From positions 37,710-101,709 of the forward strand of contig JAUXRW010000025.1 in assembly GCA_030681555.1 (NCBI GenBank): a stretch of DNA of 64,000 nt. Direction: 5' to 3'. A program made the position numbers and the translations under genes. The notes beneath the pieces were generated by a model. The model had not been told where the DNA came from, ran no database searches, and worked only from the letters and a program-made list of their open reading frames with translations. Origin of the DNA: Acidimicrobiales bacterium. Lineage in GTDB: Bacteria > Actinomycetota > Acidimicrobiia > Acidimicrobiales > VFJN01. Position 1 is the first letter of the stretch, and every line of letters starts with the position of its first letter. Below, piece by piece: positions 9,109 to 15,986 of the stretch.

Positions 9109-9303
9109 ACCGCGTCGCCCTTCCGGATCCGGGAGAACTCGCCCTCGTCACGATGGGTGAACACCGCCACCGCCGTTTGACCGGACCCACTCCTTGCCGG
9201 ACCGCTCGGCGTCGGCCTGGGTGTCGTGGGTGGAGTGAACGTCGCCGTTCTCCTGCTTGACGTTCCAGCGATCGCCCTCGGGGATGATGTGGAGGTTCGG
9301 CAT
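9105..9303 (-). pseudogene. DUF2188-like small protein, reading frame split by a 1-nt shift
   Basis: ATG 9303 gives MPNLHIIPEGDRWNVKQENGDVHSTHDTQADAERSGKEWVRSNGGGGVHPS* with a stop at 9148. The domain consensus continues in the next frame (VFTHRDEGEFSRIRKGDAV*, stop at 9105). The switch lies in GGCGGTGGCGGTG. Confidence 0.55.
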
Positions 9304-9560
9304 GCCCCGCACCTACCCAGCGGCTCCCCGGGCTACCCCGGGCCTGCGGGACTCGGCCGGATCGCCGGAACGACCTCACGTCCGGCCCACGGACCAGGCG
9401 GTGGGGTCACGAGCAGCCACGACGTCGGCGCCGACGACCCGGACCTGAGGCTCGGCTCGGCGACCCCTCGCCACGTACCGGGGCGGCGCTCCATCCAACC
9501 CCACCGGCCGTGCCGTACCAGGGCGGACGAACATCCCTCGTCCCTAGATTGGAGCTACAC

Positions 9561-9791
9561 ATGACCAAGCGGATCCGCATCGCTGTCGCCGCAGCCACCA
9601 TCGTCGGTGGCTTCACCATCGCCCAGGCCGGTACGGCCTCGGCGGCGCACTGCGCGAAGAACGGCTCGCCCGGGTTCTCCTACTACGGCCAGGACGGTCG
9701 ATTCGAGGACACCAACGGGCCCGGCGCGAACGAGTGCGCGGCGCTCCCCGGCAACCCGTCGGTTCGGGCCCCCGGGCAGAACCGGCCGTAG
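9561..9791 (+). CDS. small secreted protein (76 aa, two Cys in the mature part)
   Basis: GGAG lies 7 nt upstream of ATG 9561. Signal peptide is MTKRIRIAVAAATIVGGFTIAQAGTASA. The mature part is Gly/Pro/Asn-rich with C..C about 27 aa apart. Confidence 0.5.
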   Translation: MTKRIRIAVAAATIVGGFTIAQAGTASAAHCAKNGSPGFSYYGQDGRFEDTNGPGANECAALPGNPSVRAPGQNRP

Positions 9792-9806
9792 GAGTTGCGA
9801 CACGGG

Positions 9807-9894
9807 CCTCGTCGACAGGTCCGTGACGAGGTGAGCCCTCCGGGGCCGAGGTCAGGGCCCTCGGGAAACCGGGCTCGAAGCCGGAGGGCTCACC
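9807..9894. other. two adjacent stem-loops in a convergent intergenic region
   Basis: CCTCGTC-N11-GACGAGG (9807-9831) and a perfect 14-bp inverted repeat GGTGAGCCCTCCGG / CCGGAGGGCTCACC (9830-9843 / 9881-9894) with an internal CCGAGG/CCTCGG pair. Confidence 0.4.
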
Positions 9895-10073
9895 GCAACC
9901 AACGCCCGGCCGCCACCGCCGGCCGGCCTCGGCAGCGCTCCCGCGAGAGGGTGACCTCGTCCCCCCATCGCAGCCTGTGGACCCTTCCCGACACGTCGAG
10001 CAGCGCCACGACGATGCTCGTCCTGGGCGGCGACAGCATCCGCCCCGTCGCCGCACCCTGAGCAGGGCGGGGG

Positions 10074-10703
10074 CTACGTCTGGTTGGTCCAGTCGAAGTC
10101 GTAGTAGATCCAGTTGCTGTCGGTGAAGTCCAAGGTGACGCCTTCGGTCTCGATGTGGAAGGTGCCCTGACCGCAATCGCCGCGCTTCCAGATGAAGCCT
10201 TGGTCGAGGTCGATGGCCACGGCGTGCTCCTCGCCGGTCACCGGGTTCTTGAGGCTCGATCCCCTGGCCTCGCCGACACCCTCGGCCCGGAAGCCGCTGT
10301 TGATGCCGTCGTCGTCGATCTCGACCTCGGTCCGAACGACTCCGGCGACCTCGAACGTCGTACCCAGGATCGACCATGGAAGCCCGCCGAGCTGCCCGGT
10401 GAAGATCTGGGCCATGCAGTCGAGCTGCTCGTCGGACACCGCGGGCGGGACGACGAAGATCGCCTTGCCGCCTCCGTCGTGGATGGCCCTGGGCCAGTCG
10501 AAGATGGCGATGGCATCGATGCCCGACAGGTCGATCCCGCCGCAGTGGCCCTCGATGATGTGGTTCGCCACCGCGGCTTTGCAGCTGCCATCCGGGGAGG
10601 TCGGGAAGCCGGAGAAGTTGCATGTGCAGCCGGGCTGGCAGTTGCAGAACTCATAGCCTTTGCCGCGCAAGCGCCAAGCGGTCGTGGTCTCGGTGATGGT
10701 CAC
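10074..10703 (-). CDS. DUF1326 domain protein
   Basis: GTG 10703 follows AGGAGAC. N-terminal Cys motif YEFCNCQPGCTCNF is typical of DUF1326. The remaining upstream part of the 561-aa track ORF is an artefact. Confidence 0.85.
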   Translation of the reverse strand: MTITETTTAWRLRGKGYEFCNCQPGCTCNFSGFPTSPDGSCKAAVANHIIEGHCGGIDLSGIDAIAIFDWPRAIHDGGGKAIFVVPPAVSDEQLDCMAQIFTGQLGGLPWSILGTTFEVAGVVRTEVEIDDDGINSGFRAEGVGEARGSSLKNPVTGEEHAVAIDLDQGFIWKRGDCGQGTFHIETEGVTLDFTDSNWIYYDFDWTNQT

Positions 10704-10714
10704 GGCGAGTCTCC

Positions 10715-11503
10715 TTAGGTGAGGGTCGTCAGGGTCTCGGGACGGAGGAGCAGCAGCGCACCGCAGGCCGCGAACAGGGCGGCGCCCACGACGGCGACCC
10801 GCTCGCCCGCCGCGGCGTTCTTCTCGATCAGGATCAACAAGGCGAGCGCGGCCATCCACGCGATGTTCATGGTTCCCAGCGCGACCAGGACGGCCATGAG
10901 CGCCCAACAGCAACCCAGGCAGAACAGACCGTGGGTCACGCCCATCCGCAGCGCACCGACCGGGCGGGCGACGTCGGCGCCGGAGCGCAGGAACAGCGAC
11001 ATGGGCGACCGACAGTGGCGCAGGCACACCGACTTCAACGGCGTGAGCTGCCACACCGCGGCGCCGACGAGCACGACTCCGGCGAGGCGGCCCGCCCACG
11101 GGCGAGCCTCGGCGATCGGGTCCATGAGCGCGCGCCAGGCGAAGTAGGCGGGCAGGCCCATCGCGGTCCACACGGCGATGTAGCCGGCGACGAAGAACGG
11201 CAGCGGCGCCACCCGTCCCGCCGCCGCCGCCCGCCCATAGAGCTTCACGACCGGCGCGATCGCCGGGAACATCATCGCCGTCATCATCGCCAGCCACGCC
11301 ACGACGAACGCGCCGAGGCCGAGGGCCTCGTGGCTCATCCCGGCCATGCCGTCCATCGCCGTCGATCCCGATGGGGTCATGTCCGCCGCCATGCGCGCCG
11401 ACCACCACCACCCCACGGCGGCAAGAGCGAAGAGCACCGCAGGAACGCCCCAGCCCACGGGACGTCGCGTAGCGAACGGTGCGCTCTGCTCGAACGAGGT
11501 CAT
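10715..11503 (-). CDS. DUF2182 predicted metal-binding integral membrane protein
   Basis: 262-aa polytopic ORF with motifs WLAMMTAMMFP and LKSVCLRHCRSP. It sits directly upstream of DUF1326, a known conserved pair. Confidence 0.85.
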   Translation of the reverse strand: MTSFEQSAPFATRRPVGWGVPAVLFALAAVGWWWSARMAADMTPSGSTAMDGMAGMSHEALGLGAFVVAWLAMMTAMMFPAIAPVVKLYGRAAAAGRVAPLPFFVAGYIAVWTAMGLPAYFAWRALMDPIAEARPWAGRLAGVVLVGAAVWQLTPLKSVCLRHCRSPMSLFLRSGADVARPVGALRMGVTHGLFCLGCCWALMAVLVALGTMNIAWMAALALLILIEKNAAAGERVAVVGAALFAACGALLLLRPETLTTLT

Positions 11504-11658
11504 GCCACCCCCTCTGGGGCGATCCTAGGACTCGATGACGGGTCGTGCCAGGCCCGTCGCTGCTCCGACGCCGACGGCCCCGACCTGACCGCGCCGCGTG
11601 ACCGATCCGAGGTGGACCCGGTCCACGTGACTGTCCGCCGGAACCGGGTCGGTGGCCC

Positions 11659-11997
11659 GTGGGGCCCCTGGTCCAGCTGGGCTTCACCGCGCCTAGGGTC
11701 GCCGACGTGGTCGTCGACCGGAGCCGCTGCACCTCCCTGGGCGCCGCCCTCGGCCGCACAGCGCTCGGCCTGACCCGCTACCGCGACCAGCAGCCGAGCA
11801 ACGCCCTCTTCAGCCACGGCTCCCTCGACCCGGCGATCGACGGCCCCTCCCGGAGCATGCTCGACGCCGACCAGCGGGCGTGGCTCCTCCACGGTCTCAG
11901 CCAGACCCCTGCGGCGTGGCGGCTCCTGGGGAACCCGGTCCCGTTCTTCCCGCTCGTCCCTGCCCCTGGGTCCCTCGCCACGCTCAGCGAGGACTGA
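11659..11997 (+). pseudogene. internal fragment of a PhoD-family alkaline phosphatase
   Basis: LTRYRDQQ ... GPSRSMLDADQRAWLLHGLSQTPAAWRLLGNPVPFF matches the PhoD central block (compare TRLSGRDQ...RSLLGDEQRQWMDERL in the intact copy at 55531..57156). There is no N- or C-terminal part. Confidence 0.5.
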
Positions 11998-13598
11998 TGG
12001 TGAGACGGGCCGCCCTGCTCGTGGTGCTGGCGGCGGCAGTGACCGTCGTCTCGGCGCCTGCGCCGGCACCGGCGCAGGCGCCCGGGCCGGAGCTCGTGGA
12101 GCTGTGCGAGGACAGCGGTCTGGGCGACCGCACCTGCGCGAGCGTGGTGGCGGGCTCGGTGCTGTTGGCGTCGCTCTGTGCCGACAGCGGCGCACCGCCG
12201 GAGGCCTGCGCCGCCGCCACCGACGGCGAGGTCGTCGACCCGGCGGTGCTGGCGCGCTACGAGAGCGGATGGGTGCACCGGGCGCTGCGGCTCCAGTCCC
12301 GTCTCGACGAAGCGCGGCCGCTCGTGAACTCGTTGTGGCCGCACTCGCACAACTCTGCGAACAGCACCGCGTACGCCCCTTCGGTGTCGAGCCTCGACCC
12401 GAACCAGCGATGGTCGATCCTCGACCAGCTGCGCATGGGGATCCGAGCCATCGAGCTCGACCTGCACCCCGGGCCGGGCGGCGGCGTGGTCCTCTGCCAC
12501 GGTCGCCAGGTCGACCTCGGCGCGACCATCGTGCACCTCGGCTGCTCGGTCGACCGGCCGCTGTCGGCCGGGCTCGAAGAGCTCCGATCGTTCCTCGACC
12601 TCCCAGGGAACGAGCGTGAGGTGGTGCTGCTCTACCTCGAGAACCAGCTGGAGTCCGACCCGGTGCTCCACGACGTGGTGGCGCAGGAGCTCCAGCGGGC
12701 GCTCGGACCGCTGGTGGCACGCCCGGCGCCGGGTGCCCCCTGCGCCGAGATGCCGCTCGACCGCAGCCGCGCCGACCTGCTGGCGGACGAGCGGCGCGTG
12801 CTCGTCGTAGGCGACTGCGGTCCCGGCGGGTGGGGCTCCTGGGTGCATGAGCGTGGTCCGCGTTGGGACGAGCGCAGCCTCGGCGACGGCTACGCGCCGT
12901 ATCCCGACTGCATGGCGTTCGAGCGCGCCAGCCGCGCCTACGACGACACCTGGATACGCGTCTACGAGGACGCGACCTGGCTGTCGGCGGTGGTCGACGG
13001 GAGGTTCCGGCCGCAGACCGCCGACGACGTGAGGGAGATGGTCCACTGCGGCGTGGACATGGTCGGCTTCGACCGCATCAGCCCCACCGACCCGCGGCTG
13101 GCGGCCCTGGTGTGGAGCTGGGCGGAGGGCGAGCCGGTCGAGGACCCGGCGAGGCGGTGCGTCGCCCTCGGGAACGACGGCAGGTTCCGCGCCGCCGGGT
13201 GCGAAGAGGAACGGGGCTACGCCTGCCACAGCGCAGCCGGCGAGTGGCTCGTGCCCGAGGCCGTCGGCCCTGCGAGCGGCGCCGGCCCCGCCTGCGCGAC
13301 CGTCGGCGCCGCCCCTGCCACGCCACCGACCGGTTGGGACAACGAGCGCCTGAAGGCCGCCGCGGGCACGGCTCGCGAGCTGTGGCTCCCGATCCCCAAC
13401 CCGCTGGACGCCGCGTCCTCGGCTGCCCGCCCACCGCTGGCCGCTCTCCCCGCGGCGCCCGACGCTCGGCCGGTCGGAACCGCCGCGGCGTCCCTGCCGG
13501 CGACCGGCCGGGCGCTGCCCGCCGGTGCCGCCGCCGCCGTCCTCGCCCTCCTACTGGCCGCGCGGGCGCGGAGCGTCGGGCCCTCCGATGGCCGCTGA
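11997..13598 (+). CDS. cell-wall-anchored PI-PLC X-domain-like phosphodiesterase (LPXTG)
   Basis: ATG 11997, with signal peptide MVRRAALLVVLAAAVTVVSAPAPA. PLC-X catalytic-type motifs are WPHSHNSANS and MGIRAIELDLH. A Cys-rich lectin-like segment precedes C-terminal LPATG, a hydrophobic stretch and RARS. Confidence 0.75.
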   Translation: MVRRAALLVVLAAAVTVVSAPAPAPAQAPGPELVELCEDSGLGDRTCASVVAGSVLLASLCADSGAPPEACAAATDGEVVDPAVLARYESGWVHRALRLQSRLDEARPLVNSLWPHSHNSANSTAYAPSVSSLDPNQRWSILDQLRMGIRAIELDLHPGPGGGVVLCHGRQVDLGATIVHLGCSVDRPLSAGLEELRSFLDLPGNEREVVLLYLENQLESDPVLHDVVAQELQRALGPLVARPAPGAPCAEMPLDRSRADLLADERRVLVVGDCGPGGWGSWVHERGPRWDERSLGDGYAPYPDCMAFERASRAYDDTWIRVYEDATWLSAVVDGRFRPQTADDVREMVHCGVDMVGFDRISPTDPRLAALVWSWAEGEPVEDPARRCVALGNDGRFRAAGCEEERGYACHSAAGEWLVPEAVGPASGAGPACATVGAAPATPPTGWDNERLKAAAGTARELWLPIPNPLDAASSAARPPLAALPAAPDARPVGTAAASLPATGRALPAGAAAAVLALLLAARARSVGPSDGR

Positions 13599-14955
13599 CT
13601 GGCTCCCCACCGGACGGGTGCGCCGTGCGGCCACCCCCGCCCGCCTCATCATCGAGGGGGCCGCCGTGGCTGCGGTCGCCAAGGCCAAGGCCCTGCGGGG
13701 CGGCAGCCTCGAGGAGCTTGCTGACGATGCGCGCCTCGTCGCGGCGGCCGAGCGCATCGCGCGCCAGCTCGGGGAGATGAAGGGCGCAGCGATGAAGCTG
13801 GGCCAGGTGCTCTCGTTCGTCGACGTGGGCCTTGTGCCCCAGCAGCTCCGGGGTGCGCTCGCCGCCCTGCAGGCCGACGCCCCACCGATGCCCTACGACC
13901 TCGTGGCCCAGGTGATCACCGCCGAGCTCGGCGCGCCGCCCGAGGAGCTGTTCGACTTCTTCTCCCGTGGGCCGATCGCCTCGGCCTCGATCGGCCAGGT
14001 GCACATGGCCCACCGGGGCGAGGACGAACTGGTCGTGAAGGTGCAGTACCCGGGCATCGCCCGCGCCGTCGAGGCGGACCTGCGGAACGCCGCGCTGCTG
14101 TCCATGCTCGCCCGCGTCACCCAGCGCCTACTCGCCGACCTGGTGGGGAGCATCGACACTCGGGCCGTGATCGACGAGCTGCGCGAGCGGGTGACCGAGG
14201 AGCTCGACTACCGCATCGAGGCCCGCAACCAGGCCGAGTTCGCCGTCCTCCACCGCGCCGACCCGTGGCTCGGCGTCCCGGAGGTCATCGAGGAGCTGTC
14301 GTCGCGGCGAGTGCTCACCTCCCGCTACGTCGATGGGCTGCGCTGGTCCGCCGCCAAGGAGGCGCCGCAGGAGCTGCGGGACCGCTGGGGTCAGGCGATG
14401 TGCCGCTTCCAGTGGGTGTCGCTGTTCCGCGACGGCATCACCAACCTCGACCCGCACCCGGGGAACTACCTGTTCCACGACGACGGCCGGGTGACGTTCC
14501 TCGACTTCGGCGCGTGCCAGCGCTACGACGCCGATCAACTCCGCCGGCTCTCCGGGCTGGCCATCGCGGCGATGTCCCAGGACGACCAGCGCATGCTCGA
14601 CGCGCTCGTCGACATGGGGATCCTCAAGGGCCTCGACGGGATCGACCCCGACACGATGCTCCTCCCGATGCGCCTCGCCATCGAGCCCGCCACCACTGAA
14701 CCCCAGCCCTTCCAGTTCACCGGGGACTTCGTGGCCCGGCAGGTTGGCCAGGTGCTGCGGATCCGGTTCGGCAAGGAGCAGCTCCGCATCTGGCGCCAGC
14801 TCGACGCCCCGCCCGAGCTGCCGATGTTCCTGCGCATCGTGCTCGGGACGGCGGGGATCGTCAGCCAGCTCGGCGCAGCCGTCCACTTCCAAGACGTCCT
14901 CGACGAGGCCCTCGACGGCTACCCGGGCCACCAGCCCTACCGCATCCACCCCTGA
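13588..14955 (+). CDS. ABC1/UbiB atypical kinase family protein (soluble)
   Basis: ATG 13588 overlaps the previous stop by 11 nt. Motifs are AAMKLGQVLS, ASASIGQVHMA and LDPHPGNYLF. Confidence 0.85.
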   Translation: MAADWLPTGRVRRAATPARLIIEGAAVAAVAKAKALRGGSLEELADDARLVAAAERIARQLGEMKGAAMKLGQVLSFVDVGLVPQQLRGALAALQADAPPMPYDLVAQVITAELGAPPEELFDFFSRGPIASASIGQVHMAHRGEDELVVKVQYPGIARAVEADLRNAALLSMLARVTQRLLADLVGSIDTRAVIDELRERVTEELDYRIEARNQAEFAVLHRADPWLGVPEVIEELSSRRVLTSRYVDGLRWSAAKEAPQELRDRWGQAMCRFQWVSLFRDGITNLDPHPGNYLFHDDGRVTFLDFGACQRYDADQLRRLSGLAIAAMSQDDQRMLDALVDMGILKGLDGIDPDTMLLPMRLAIEPATTEPQPFQFTGDFVARQVGQVLRIRFGKEQLRIWRQLDAPPELPMFLRIVLGTAGIVSQLGAAVHFQDVLDEALDGYPGHQPYRIHP

Positions 14956-15164
14956 CCGGGCCCGCGCCGGCGATGGACTGCTGCCGGGTGCGTCAGGGCG
15001 GCTGGCCCACGTGCACCCCGTGCGACACGGCCATCTCGCGGTACGAGCGCGCCGTCGGAGGCACCTCACCCGTGCCATCACGTCCTCGGAAGCCTCGTGC
15101 GTCTGCATGAACCGTGGACCATGCTGGGGAACACGGTGCAGCACTGGTCCGAAGGAGCAGCCTC

Positions 15165-15560
15165 ATGTCGGGACTTGCCATCATCACCGAAGCGTGCATC
15201 GAGGTGAAGGACCGGGCCTGCGTCGACGTGTGCCCGGTCCAGTGCATCTACGAGTACAACCCGACGACCAACGTCCTCTTCTCCGAGGAGGAGGCCGGCA
15301 GCGGCGTGATCGAGAACTCCCACGTTCCCGACCCGGACATGATCGCTGTCTTCAGCGACACGATCCTCTACGTCAACGTGGACGAGTGCACCTCGTGCAC
15401 GGCGTGCTACCAGCGTGACGTGTGCCCTGTTGGCGCCATCTACCCCGAGGAACAGGTACCGGACGGCGCGAGCAAGACGCAGTACAACTCGTCCGATGCC
15501 AACAAGGGGCACGACCACACGTTCTTCATCCAGCTCACCAGAGACGTCTTCGCCGACTAG
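15165..15560 (+). CDS. ferredoxin (7Fe-type Cys pattern with a long insertion)
   Basis: AAGGAG lies upstream of ATG 15165. Cys pattern is CIEVKDRACVDVCPVQC then, about 47 aa later, CTSCTACYQRDVCP. Confidence 0.8.
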   Translation: MSGLAIITEACIEVKDRACVDVCPVQCIYEYNPTTNVLFSEEEAGSGVIENSHVPDPDMIAVFSDTILYVNVDECTSCTACYQRDVCPVGAIYPEEQVPDGASKTQYNSSDANKGHDHTFFIQLTRDVFAD

Positions 15561-15597
15561 CGCCCCCAGGTCGCGAGACGCCCTCCACGATCGAAGG

Positions 15598-15656
15598 AAG
15601 GGCCCAGGTCGCTGCCCTGGGCCGTCGGGCACTGCGGAGCTCCGGGGGGAGGACTC
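15598..15656. repeat. direct-repeat copy A: hairpin plus a fragment resembling the tRNA-Gln 3-prime end
   Basis: AAGGGCCCAGGTCGCTGCCCTGGGCCGTCGGGCACTGCGGAGCTCCGGGGGGAGGACTC. About 50 of 58 positions match 18011-18068 by eye, in the same orientation. Confidence 0.7.
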
Positions 15657-15986
15657 CGGTTGCCGTCGTTGACAGACTGGTGTCGGTGCAACACCGCAGT
15701 CGCCAGCAGGTCGCTAGCGGCGGGTCAGGCGGTCTCGCGTGTCATCTGGTGCTGGCTGGTGCGAAGGCGTTCGTGACCAGTCCCGTGACCACAGTTCGCC
15801 AGTGCGGGGCTCAGGTCAGACCGCACTCAGGTGGGACCTCGTCGAGCTGAGAGGAGTTGCACGGTCCTCGAGGTCCCGGGATCCGGAACAGAGCGGAAGC
15901 AACGTAAACGACGTACATGCGGGCGCCGGTTCGTCCTCTTTCGCCTACTCTCGACAGTCACCGAACGAGCTGTGCGAGGAGGCGCC

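Noticed and set aside
10704-11759. Upstream extension of the 561-aa ORF 10074..11759
   Set aside because: It overlaps the DUF2182 gene in a different frame and has no protein-like sequence. DUF1326 starts at GTG 10703 behind a strong SD.
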